Shown here: piece after piece, positions 1 through 12,508 of the stretch
Position numbering within the stretch: the first letter of the stretch is position 1
Layout: the number at the start of each line of letters is the position of its first letter
From: Heterodontus francisci
Lineage: Eukaryota
NCBI RefSeq assembly: GCF_036365525.1
Contig: NC_090387.1
Location: 76,321,300 to 76,385,299 of the forward strand
Length of the DNA: 64,000 bases
Direction: 5' to 3'
Position numbers and translations under genes: made by a program
Notes under the pieces: generated by a model
The model's database searches: none
Seen by the model: the letters and a program-made list of their open reading frames with translations, nothing else
Told to the model about the DNA's origin: nothing

Positions 1-1820
1 GGACGCCAGCAAAAATATAAAAACAGACTGTAAAAGCTTCTATAGGTCCATAAAAGGAAACGTTTGGTGAAGACAAATGTGGGTCGATTATAGGCAGAGT
101 CAGGAGAATTTATAATGGGGAATAGAGAAATGGTAGAGAAGCTAAATAATTCCTTTGTGTCAGTCTTGACTGGGGAAGATACAAAAAATCTCCCAGAATT
201 AGAGATCTTAGTGATTAGAGGGAATGAGGAATTGAAGGAAATTAGTATTTGTAAGAAGGGTGTATTGGTAAAATTAATGTGGTTGAAGTTTGATAAAGCC
301 CCAAGACCTGATATGAGGCATCCCATATTGTTGAAATGAGTAGCTATGGAGATAGTGGATGCATTGCTGATGATGTCCAAATTCTATAGATTCTGGAGCG
401 GTTCCTGTAGATTGGAAGTTTGGAAATGTCTCCCCACTATTTAAGAAGGGAGGAAGAGAGAAAACACGGAATTACAGACCTCTTAGCCTTACATCAATCG
501 TTGGGCAAATGCTAGAATCTATTCTAAAGGATGTGATAAATGGACACTTGGATAATAATGATCTGATTGGGCATAGTTAACATGGATTATGAATGGAAAA
601 TCATGCTTGACGAACCTGTTGTCGTTTTTTGTGGATGTTTCTAACAGAATTGATAAAGGGGGGTCAGTGGACGTGGTATACTTGGATTTTCAGAAGGCTT
701 CCAGGTAAAATCCCCCACAGGAGGTTGGTTAGCAAAATTAAAGCACATGGGATCGGAGGTAATATACTGGCATGGATTAAGGATTAGTTAACAGACAGAA
801 AGCAGAGAGTAGGAATAAATGAGTCATTCTCGCATTGGCAGGCTGTGACTTGTGGGGTACCGCAGGGATCAATGCTTGCGCCCCAGCTTGGATGTGGGGA
901 CCAAATGTATTATTTCCAAGTTCGTGGATGACAGGCAACTAGGTGGGAATGTGTGTTGTGAGGAAGATGCAAAGTGGCTTCAAGGGGATTTGGACAGACT
1001 TAATGAGTGGGCAAGAACGTGGCAGATGGAATATAATGTCGAAAAATGTGAGGTTATCCATTTTGGTAGGAGGCGCACATGTGCAGAGTATTTCTTAAAT
1101 GGTAAGAGATTAGAAAGTGTAGAGATACAAAGGGACCTGGGTGTCCTTGTCAATAAGTCACTGAAAGCTAACATGCAGGTGCAGTAAGTAATTAAGAAGG
1201 CTAATGGTATGTTAGCATTTATTGTAAGAGGATTTGAGTACAGGAATAGTGAAGTCTTGCTTCAAATGTATAGAACCTTGGTTAGACTCTGGAGTACTGT
1301 GTGCAGTTTTTGGTCCCCTTACCTTAGAAAGGACATTATTGCCATAGAGGGAGTGCAACGAAGGTTCACCAGACTTGATCCTGAGATGGCGGGACTGTCC
1401 TATCAAGAGAGATTGGGGAAACTGGGCCTGCATTCTCTAGAGGTGATCTCATTGAAACCTATAAAATACTTAAATGGATAGACAGGGTAGATGCAGGTAA
1501 GATGTTTCTGCTGATTGAGGAGTCCAGAACCAAGGGACACAATTGCAAAATAAGGGGGTAGCCACTTAGGACAGAGGTGAGGAGAAATCTCTTTATTCAG
1601 AGGTTGTGAATCTTAGAATTCTCCCCAGAGTACTGTGGGAGCTCAGTCATTGAGTATATTTAAAGCAGAGATTGGCAAATTTCCAAATACAAATGAGATA
1701 AGGGGATATGAGGATAGTTTGGGGCAAAGGCATTGATGTGCAAGATCAGCCATGATCAAATTGAATGGCGGGGCAGGCACAATGCGCTGAATGGCCTGCT
1801 CCTATGTTCCTATTTTCCTA
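1..1820 (+). mobile_element. Degenerate CR1 LINE (RT region and 3' end)
   Basis: RT fragments (KFVDD, WQMEYNVEKC, VQRRFTRL) with stops and frameshifts; CTATGTT-type tail at about 1800-1820. Confidence 0.9.
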
Positions 1821-1824
1821 CGAG

Positions 1825-2532
1825 GTCAAGGTGTTGTAGGTGTCTCTGGTTTATGGTAAACCTGTTGAGTCAGATAAGTATAACAGTTTCTTTTAAAGGT
1901 GCAGGTCTGGGTTGTTTGTAGTCATGAATTTGTTGAGGTGCTTTGGATTTCTGGTGGTTAAGATTTCAGACTGGAGGTGGCGGTCACTTTCAGTTCTCTG
2001 CTGCACCAGATTGACGTGTAGAATCAGCAGAGGGACTTCCTTTTGTTTAGGCTGGGTCATTCCACAGCCCTTGGCTGGACTCCTTTTGTGAAGCTGTTGT
2101 GATCTCTCGCTCTCTCTCCAGAGGGTTTAATTTTAAGTTCAATTCCATCAAATAAGCGTATTTGTTAGTTAAAATAAGGCCCTCTCCCCTGGTGTAACTG
2201 CACAATGGACCAGGGTGTGGAATCCATAGCAATCCATTGATGTCTGGATTGGTACAATCCCGTTATGACGTGGCTACTTCACATCTTCTTTCTTTCGGAA
2301 GAACCCATTCAATTCAGGAATGTCTCTTAATGGTTTAAGTATGTGTGTAATTGACACATTTTAGTCTGGAATTATCCTTTTGTTTGAATATACAGGCCAA
2401 GTCAGCTGACCTTCAGTGACCATGTTGCAGCACATTGTCCACTTTTCAAAGAAAAAGTCAATTTCAAAGATTCCACATTGAATAACGTTTGTATCTTAAA
2501 AGAAGGAATATATGTCTTTACTGGTCATGACA
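1825..2532 (-). mobile_element. Possible LTR fragment
   Basis: Minus strand begins TGTCATGACCAG, like the other LTR termini here; the other boundary is unclear. Confidence 0.3.
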
Positions 2533-2540
2533 GATTTAAA

Positions 2541-2665
2541 ACAAAAGTAAAATACTGTGCATGCTGGAAATCTGAAATGTAAACAGAAAATGCTGGACAT
2601 ACTTAGCATCATCTGTGGAAAGAGAAAATATATTACCGTTTCAGGTTGATAATCCTTTTGTCACA
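2541..2665 (-). repeat. Fragment of the same Penelope-derived repeat (also at about 36800-36893 and 54309-54460)
   Basis: AAAATACTG..ATGCTGGAAATCTGAAAT..AACAGAAAATGCTGG signature. Confidence 0.7.
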
Positions 2666-4860
2666 ACTTAAAAATGATTGAATATCAGGTATGCTTATAG
2701 CTTATGTTATGTCAAGCCTGTGTTCCACTGCACTTTCAACATAATTCTTGTCTTCACATCATTGGTCTATATTTCTGCGATCAGTATTTTTGGGGCTTTC
2801 AGCTTTTATTTGAAGTGTTTGGTTATCTTTCATTATATTTCTAGATTTGTATAAAAAAATTGAATTTCGACTGTGAGATGACCTGCAGAAGACTGTTGCA
2901 AACAATGACTCAAAAAGAACTTCAAGCGATATAATACAGTCAGAAGTTTCAGCTAACTGGAGAGGTGTGAAAGGGTCCTGACAAAATATATTGCATGATC
3001 AGGTTATCACCCACTGCAGCTCCAAAGGCAACAAGGATAGCATCTCTAGACATGAGGCTGCTGTTGAATCGGGTAACAGCCTGTGGCCTGTTTTTATTTG
3101 AAATTAATATTGGCATAGCAGTTTTCACAAAGCCTTCTCGAATATACATGTGAACTATTAACAAAGTCTTGTGCATCCTGTTTTTCTGCTCCAATACCTG
3201 TAGTTGTAATCAATTAACAATTGGTACTTGTTTTTGCAGCAGTCTTACTGTAAAAGCATGGACAATTCGCACCTCTGCAGTCCACTATTAAACATAATTT
3301 CTTGTTGCTTGGTGGCCCCATCAGCATTTTGGAGGAGGGCATATCTGATGCAGCTCACTGTTATGACCGAGGTGGCAGGAGTGCACTGTTTGTTTTAATT
3401 CCAGTTGTCCATGGGTCACAACAGATATTTAAAATTTTCCCACTTACTGATATGGTCAATCATAGATATATCTTTATCACAGAATAAAACACACCAACCA
3501 GGTTGCTTTAATAAACAACAAAATTATCAGTTTATTATAAAACAAGTCTTAACCAGTAATGAACTGAAGCATAAACACACAAATTGAAATATTAAAGTTC
3601 CCTTTTTAACTTAGCCCTTCACCCCCCCGCACCTCCCCCCCCACCCCCACATGCACACATACCGGTTAACTGAAAAAATAAAGGGATTTTTGTTTTTTGA
3701 GATCTATTACAGACAAAAAAAAAACACTTGGGCTGAGTACTTGTTCATTCTTGAAGAAACAGCAGATGAGATACGTTGTGTTCCAAAACTGGCAAAGACT
3801 TGTTTTTCTCACAAGACATCTCAGTGCCCCTTTTAATAAAGAAATTTCCAGGGACTGTTTTTCAAAGTCAAGTGGCCTTTACATGACCGTCTTTGAAAAC
3901 CCCAAAGTTTAACATTTCTTCAAACTTTCAAAAATGAATCCTCCAAAAATATATTTCACAAAACACAGAGGCACTTTCATAACACCTCCACCCTTGGGGA
4001 AATGAAACGCCATTTTAAAATGTGTTTCATTACATAGTGTAAAAAAACTCAGAAAATTAAAGCATTTTAAAATACATTTTCACACTCATTCCCATTCACT
4101 CTTTACCGGTAGTTAATACAATTCTGTTCTGTACTCTCTTTTCTTTCAGATAACTCAAAACAAAATTCGATTCCCAATAAAGTATCTGCAATAACATTAA
4201 TTTTGCTCTCAAAGTGGATAATCTCTAAGTGCTAAGTTGTAATAGTAAACTCCATTGGAATAGTCTGGCAGGCTGGTTTTTAATTTTTTTCACAAAGGCT
4301 GGAGGGTTATGATCGGTATATACCAGTGTCTCTCTGTTGTCGTGGCGGACATAGACTTCAAAATGCTTAAGAGTCAATAATCAACCTAGGGTTTCTTTTT
4401 ACACTGTTAAATATCTTTTTTGATGACAATTTAGCTTTTTGGAAATGTTTCCCACTGGCCTTTCTATGCACGATTCAACGTCTTGTAACAGGACTGCACC
4501 GACCCCCAGATCACTAGCATCAATTGCTACCTTGAAGGGCTTAGTGAAATTTTAAGCAACCAACATCATTAATCAAAATGACTTTCACCCTCTGAAAAGA
4601 TATTTGGCGCTCCCCTGAACACATTACCTAGATTTTCTTTTTTGTAGTAAATCTGTCAGTAGGGCAGCTATAGTGCTTCAATTTGGTACAAACGTTCGGT
4701 AAAAAACACACATCCCCCAAAACTGTATGATTTCTCACTTAGTCTTAGCGGTTGAGAACTCTACCAATGTGTGTACTTTCACTGCTCTTGGCAAACTTGT
4801 CCTTGCCCTACTATATGCCGAGGTAGATCAGTCTTGCTTTCGCAAATTCACTTTTGGCAA

Positions 4861-5737
4861 TGTCATGCCAGGCCCTACTTGCCAAGAATGAGGCATATTG
4901 ATTTTGTCATATGAACATTGATTGTAAACTGTTGCTGGAGTGAAGAAATGACTTGTTTGAAGATCACCAGACACTGGGCTGGAAGGACATTTGCATATTA
5001 AGCGATGCTACTTGTGGAGAGAAAAGACTATTCCCTGGTCCAATCAACTCAAATGTATTTGATCACCAGACATGGAAGGTGTAAGGAAGTGCATTCCAGG
5101 CCCTGCTAAGATGTTACAATCTACAGAGCCAGGATTGACTAACTGCATGGTCCAGGTTTTTTGAACTAGCCACAGGACACTTGGAATTCAGAAGGCAGTG
5201 TGCAACTGAAGCTGGAACAAGGAAGCCTCTCTCTCTCTCTCTCTCTCTCACTTTCTCCCAAGCCACTGGACCCACTGAAGACACGTAAACCTCAAGAGAG
5301 AAAAGACTCCTACATCAGAACAAGTTAAAGCGTGAACTGGGCCACAATGAATTGCAAGACTTACTGGCAGCCAATGACTCCACATTTAACTTAAAGGACT
5401 GTAACTACCAGATATTGCCTCAAACTTTGCCGCCTTATTCTTTCTACTTTTTCTGTCTCTATCTGCATGTGTGTTTATTGTTTATGCATGCTAGCGTGGT
5501 CACGTCACATATTTGTAGTCGTTAACCGGATTAGAGTTTAAGATTAACAAACTTCTACCTTTCTTGTTTAAACCTGAGGAAAGCTGTCTGATCTATTTGC
5601 CTTACAATTGGAGCAGTGAACACGGATTCACTAAAGGGGAGCTAAAAACACAGTGTTTTAAAATTAAACCCTGTTACAGTTAAACTAGGCTAAGGCTGAG
5701 AGGGAACCCCTAGAACCTTTCTCACCTGGTCGTAACA
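4861..5737 (+). mobile_element. Solo LTR related to the element B LTR family, inserted in the RT of element A; TSD GCAA
   Basis: TGTCATG...GTAACA termini, GCAA on both sides. Ends resemble the reverse complement of the B LTR ends. Confidence 0.85.
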
Positions 5738-8700
5738 GCAAGGTTTATTACTATATCAGCCGATTTTAGTTTTCTAAATAGAGCATCTAGTTGTTCCAAG
5801 CCATCCTTCCAAGTGTCACTGCATACCATTACATCATCAAGTGTTACGACCAGGTGAGAAAGGTGTCTTTTCAGCATTCACCTTGTCTTATTGTAACAGG
5901 GTTTAATTTTACACGCACTGTGATTTGAACTCCTCCTTTGTGAATCCTTGTTAACATATTTCCAATTATAAGACAAAGAAATGGGCACAAACAGGCCTTC
6001 TTAGGTTTAAAGAAGAAAAGTGAAATTGACTAAACCTTAAACCTAAACTGTAATATGGTTAACACCTACGGATATACGACATGCCCAAGCTAGCATGCTC
6101 ACATGCAAACAGGGACAGAAAAGAGCAGAAGAAAAATAAAGTGGAGAGCTTTGAGGCAGTCTCTAAAGGGCTTTCTTGTTACTGTTTCTGTGTTTCCAGC
6201 TCGACGTAGAGTCCTTGATTTTTGACTGCTCTTAATTTTCACTGGGGCCTAGTATTCCTCTTAAGCCTTGCTCACTATAGGAGACTTTTCTCTCTTGGTG
6301 TTTATATGCCTTCAATGGATTCCGATGCTGGTGAGAGCTAGATGAGAGTAGACAGGAGACAGGTAATTTCAGTCTAGGAGCTAACAGCCTTCTGATTTTC
6401 AGACACTCTGCGGCAAGTTCTAAATTCAAACAACTCCAACAGTCAGCCAGCAATGTGATCAAACCGGTCCGACACGTCTGTTTGTGTATTCGACCATCTT
6501 AGCAGTTAACCTGGAATGCTGGCCTTTCCACCTTCAACGTCTGGTAATCAAAAGTCCATTGTAGATTAAATTGGAGCCCCTTTGTTCTTTGAAGTACTGT
6601 CTATGGATATGCTAATGCTTCGCTCCAGCCAAAGTCTCCAATTGTTTTTCTTTTAAACAAGTTCTTTCTTCACCAACAACTGTTTAAAATCAATGATCAT
6701 GTGGCGAAATTAATTTTTCTTATGCTTGGCAGGTGGGGGTTTGCCTGACACCTCCACACCCAGGGGAAAGAAATGCGATTTGAAGAAAAGCAGCGCATTT
6801 CATTGGAGGGTTTGATAGAAATATAAGATACAGAAAGAAAAGACATGAATTTCTCTCATTCATTTCCATTCATTCACCAATCTTAAAGCTTATTAAACAT
6901 TGTATTTTCTTGGTGCCAGGGCTGTTTTAATTTTCCCTTTTTTCTCAGGAGAGTTGGTAGTGGTTGAGTCCATCCTAACTCTCTGAGTCATGCAAAGACT
7001 TTTGACTTCAGGGGAAGAGTGGTTCCCTTTTCCTCTGACTGTGGGGGAGGATTCTTTGTTACTCTCCCCTTTGTTCTCTGGGACACTCCTACCTGCAGGT
7101 GTTTGTGCAGCCTTGACTGTAAGCTCCTGTGGCACTTCGACTAGATAAGGCATCACCCTCACGCGTTCTGTGCCCCCTAGAGGTCTCTCTTTGTCTCTGC
7201 AGGTTCCTGTAAATGCTGTTAGCAACTCTGGTGGGGTGCGTCTAGAGTGTGCATTTACGTAGGAGGATGTGAGGTCTAACTTTTCACATTTTTCGGGGTT
7301 AGTTGACTGGACAGTAGGGGTTTTCATCCTGGATTCTTCCCAGACTTCCTTTAACTTGCCCTCTTGGTCGCTTATTCCCCTTCTCTTTCTAAACCTTTTC
7401 AAACCGTGTGCCTGCCTGTCCCCTTCTGTTCTCGACGGGGATCCCTTACAGTTCACCAGCCCACCACTGGAGGGTCCTCCTAACACCAGTACAGGACTTA
7501 GGAGTGCAGTTTTCACTGTAGGGTGCCGTTTCTCCTTAATATGGCACATGTGGCAACTCCTCTAGTACTCCAGCACATCTTTGTCGAGTTTTGGCCAGTC
7601 AAACTGCTGTCTTGTGCGGCTTTGGTCCCTCGTATACCGACATGTACAGTCACTGTAGTCTTGTGGGCAATTCTTAATATTTATCCCCGGTACGTCTGTG
7701 GCACCATTAACTGGTGAACTGCTGTCCATTCCTTGCCCTCAAGTGTGTGAGGAGAACTTCATTTCCTCATCAGTACCTCATTCTTTAAGTAGTAACAATC
7801 AGGTACTCCCTGCACTTCACTTTCAGACTGGGCAGCCTGTGCTAACGTTTGCAATACTGGGACGGCTCGCTGAGCCTCAGCTAGGGAAAATCCATTTAAT
7901 TAATTCCCTGGGTCTCCTAACTTTCCAATGAAAGACTCAGACAGGCAGACCTCATGGTCACCTGCCTGCAGTGTCAATGCGGTCTCCTCTGGGGCAGCTA
8001 GTTTGATCATGGCTTGATCTACTGCACATTCAGGGACTATGCAGGGGACCGTCTCTTGTCACTGCCCGGTTCCTCTGACCTCCTGCGGTATTTATTTCAC
8101 TACGGGAGTGGGGCTACTACTTTTACACCCACTAGATCGTTATCGAGGAGCAGGTCAACCCCGTCCACAGTCAAACTAGGGACAATCCCTACTGTCACCG
8201 GTCCTGAAACTGGGTCGCACTCCAGGTGCACCCGGTGTAGGCATACACTGCCCTCCAATACCATTCACCACCATTCTGGTGTTCACCGCACTCTCTGGGG
8301 GAAAGGTCAGGCCTTCTCCCAGTAAAAGGGATCTGGTTGTCCCTATATCCCTGAGAATTACTATGGGCTTGCTCGCCCCACTCGAGGGATATGGGGTTAC
8401 TTTCCCTTCAAACACAAAACACTGATAATATTCAGGAATCCTATTAACATTTCCTGCACTGGCCATAGTAAGCTTCCTGGGTTGCACTCTTACTGCAGTT
8501 AAAGCCACCGCTTGCTCTGTACTTTCCATCAGGGTCCCGTCTGCACTGAGCGGGCATGCCCTGATTAACCCTACGGATTTTCCCTTTAGTTTCCAGCAGT
8601 CAGCTTTTAAATGCCTTGCCCTATTACAATGGAAGCACACAGGTCTCCGGGTCTCACTCTTGCTCACAGCACCTTCCTTTTTGGCTGGAGGAGGACCTCC

Positions 8701-10427
8701 TGTGTCTCCTGCTTTCTTTTTTCTTCCAGGACTGCCTGGGTTTTTATCACCTTCCCACCTTTTGTCCTTTTCGGATTTGTGGGGGTGATTAGGAAAGGTT
8801 CTCCCTGGGAAACTGACATAAATTAAAGCAAACTCATTGGCCAGAACTGCTGCTTCCCGGGCTGCCTGAACCCGCTGTTCCTCTACATGGGGCTTTCTTG
8901 TGAATGGGAGAGAGTTTTTATATTCCTCTAACCAGGATTACCTCTCTGAGAGTCTCAAAGCTGAGTTGTATTTTTAAAGCCCTCAGTCACTAATCCAAAG
9001 CCAGCTGCTTACTTCTTTCAAACTCCAGATAAGTTTGATTGGCTTGTTTTTTGAGGGTGCCAAAGTTTTGGCGATAGGCTTCGAGTGCTAATTCATATTC
9101 CCCGAGGATAGCATTTTTGGTTAGTTCATAATTTGATGAACTTTCATCTAGCAACAAGGAATAAACCTCATGGGCTTTTCTGGTTAGTTTGCTTTGAAAT
9201 AAGAGAGACCAGGTCTCAGCTGGCCATTTTAGCTGCCTTTCCAGTTTCTCAAAAGACACAAAAATACTTCTACATGTTCATCATTGAATTTCAAAATTAC
9301 TTGAGTGAGTTTTAGCAATTTTGTACCCAGCCCTGAATTATGCTGCTCCATCTTGGCCATGCTTTCACTGGGGTTACTCTGTCGCCCCCTAGTTAATTCA
9401 AGCTGCCTCAGCTCTCTCTCTTCAGATTATTTCTGGAATATTCTTTCTTTCTTCCTCTCCTGCCTTTCATTTTCGTCACGTTCCTTTTGGAAGGCTCTTT
9501 CTTTCTCACTCACCTGTCTATCTCTCTTTCTGTGTCCCTGTCTTCTAATTCAAGTTTCCTTTGTTCCACTTGTATCTTTGCTAACAGTACCCTGTCTGGG
9601 TCTGCTTCTAACACTGCTTCTGCTTCTTCAGATTCAAAGGAAAAAAGGTTGGCCACTAGCATTAGAAGTTTAGACTTCCTAGCCTTGCCACGTACAGTGA
9701 TCTCACGCTTCCCATGTCATTTTTCTCAACTCCTCCATAGACATTGCTTTTAACATATCTTAAGTTACTTCACCCTGATTTGGAGAGCTACTCACTTCAG
9801 TTGCAGAGAGTAGTATTCAATCAGACACAACCACAAGAAAATCTGCATTGTAAACTTACTTCTTTTGATTGAGAACAGTTTGGCTTCCCACTTCCAATTT
9901 CACTCGTTTGTCTGTGAGTAACATTCCGGACGCTAGAACACAAATTTCAGTTATGCTCAGGTGAGAAAGATGTCTAGGGGTCTTTTCACCTTCACCTGAT
10001 CTTGTAACAGTGTTTAATTTTAAACACACTGTGTTTTGAGCTCCCCCTTTGTGAATCCTTGTTCACAGCGTTCCAATTACAGGCAAAGAAATTAGCACAA
10101 ACACGCCTTCTTAGGTTTGGAGAAGAAAAATGAAATTTATTAAACCTTAAACTTAAACTATAATACGGTTAATGCCTATGGATATATGACGTGTCCATGC
10201 TAGCATGCACACATGATACACACATGCATATACGGACAGAAAAGAGAAGAAAAAATGGAGAGCGTTGAGGCAGTCTCTAAAGGGGGTTTCCTGTTACTGT
10301 TTCTGTGTTTCCAGCTCGCCATAGAGTCCTTGACTGTAGACAGCTCTTACTTTTCACTGGGGCCCAGGATTCTTCTTAAACCTTGTTCACTGTAGGAGAC
10401 TTTTCTCTCTTGGTGTTCATATGTCTT

Positions 10428-12508
10428 ACAGTCATAGAGTCATCGAGTTATAAAGCACAGAAACAGGCCCTTCGGCCCATCCTGCCCGTGCTGGCCATGA
10501 AGCACCTAGCTATTCTAATCCCATTTTCCAGCACTTGGCCCGTAGCTTTCTATGCTATGGAGTTTCAAGTGCTCATATAAATATTTATTAAATGTTTTGA
10601 GGCTTCCTGCGTCTACCACTCCTTCAGGCAGTGTGTTCCAGAATCCAACCACCCTCTGGGTGAATTTTTCCCCCTCAAATACCCTCTAAACCTCCTGCCC
10701 CTTACCTTAAATCTATGCCTCCTAGTTATTGACCCACTCCACTAATGGAAAAAGTTTCTTCCTATCTACTCTATCAATGCCCTTCATAATTTTGTATACC
10801 TTAATCAGGTCCCCCCTCAGCCTTCTCTGCTGAAAGGAAAAGAACCCTAGCCTATCCTGTCTCTCTTCATAGCTGAAATGCTCCAGCCCAGGCGACAGCC
10901 TGGTGAATCTCCTCTGCACCCTCTCCAGTGCAATCATATCCTTCCTATAGTGTGGTGACCAGAAATGTACACCGTACTCCAGCTGTGGCCTAACTAGCAT
11001 TTTATACAGCTCCACCATAACCTCCCTGCTCTTATATTCAATGCCTCGGCTAATAAAGGCAAGTATCCCATGTACCTTCCTAACCACCTTATCTACCCGT
11101 GCTGTTGCCTTCAGTGATCTATGGACAAGTACACCAAGGTCCCTCTGACCCTCTGTACTTCCTCGGATCCTACAATCCATTGTATATTCCCTTGCATTAC
11201 TAGTCCTCACAAAATGCGTCACCTCATACTTTTTCTTTATTTTTTTAGAGATCCAGCACTGAAACAGGCCCTTCGGCCCACTGAGTCTGTGCCGACCATC
11301 AACCACCCATTTTATACTAATCCTACATTAATCCCATATTCCCTACCACACCCCCACCATTCTCCTACCACCTAACTACACTAGGGGCAGTTTACAATGG
11401 CCAATTTACCCATCAACCTGCAAGTCTTTGGCTGTGGGAGGAAACCAGAGCACCCAGTGGAAACCCACGCAGTCACAGGGAGAACTTTCATACTCCACAC
11501 AGGCAGTACCCAGAATTGAACCCGGGTCGCTGGAGCTGTGAGGCTGCAGTGCTAGCCAGTATGTCGCCCACTTCTCAGGATTAAATTCCATTTGCCACTA
11601 CTCTGTCCATCTTACCAGCCCATCTATATCATCAAGCAATCTAAGGCTTTCTTCCTCACTATTACGACACCACCAATTTTTGTGTCATCTGCGAACATAC
11701 TGATCGTATCTTCTATATTCACGTCTAAATCATTAATGTACACGACAAACAGCAAGGTTCCCAGTATCAATCACTGCAGTACATCACTGGTCACAGGCTT
11801 CCACTCGCAATTACAACCCTCAAAGATCACCTTCTGCCTCCTGCCACTAAGCCAATTTTGGATCCAATATTCCAAATTGCCCTAGATCCCATGGGCTCTT
11901 ACCTCCTTAACAAATCTCCCATGCGGGACCTTATCAAAAGCCTTACTGAAGCCCATGTAGACTACATCAACTACTTTACCCTCATCTACACATCTAGTCA
12001 CCTCCTCGAAAAATTCAATCAAGTATGTTAGACACGATCTCCCCCTGACAAAGCCATGCTGACTATCCCTGATTAATCCCTGCCTATCCAACTGGAGACT
12101 AATCCTGCCCCTCAGCAATTTTTCAATTCATTCCCTACCACTGATGATAGACTCATTGGCCTGTAATTCTGCTACCCTTCTTGAATAATGGTACCACGTT
12201 CGCTGTCCTCCAGTTCTCTGGTACCTCTCCTGTGGCCAGAGAGGATTTGAAAATTTGTGTCAGAGCTCCTGCTATCTCCTTCCTTGCCTCACATAACAGC
12301 CTGGGATATATCTCATCTGGGTCTGGCGATTTAGCTACTTTTAAGCCCATTAAAACAGCTAATACTCCTTCCCTTTCAATGTTAATTTGTTCAAGTATAT
12401 CACAATCCCCCTCCCTGATCTCTACATATACATTGTCTTTATCCATCGTGAACACAGACGAAAAGTAATCATTTAAAACCTAACCTACGTCCTCTGACTC
12501 CATACACT
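10428..12508 (-). mobile_element. 5'-truncated CR1 LINE inserted in the 5' LTR of element B
   Basis: RT fragments at 10722-12455; the LTR sequence resumes at about 12509. Confidence 0.9.
11231..11568 (-). mobile_element. HE1-type tRNA-derived SINE inside the CR1 LINE
   Basis: tRNA-like head, purine-rich body and CR1-like 3' end; same family as 55531-55880. Confidence 0.88.

Noticed and set aside
2949-3197. 81-aa minus-strand ORF with a possible acceptor
   Set aside because: No recognisable domain, no partner exons, and it lies between repeats.
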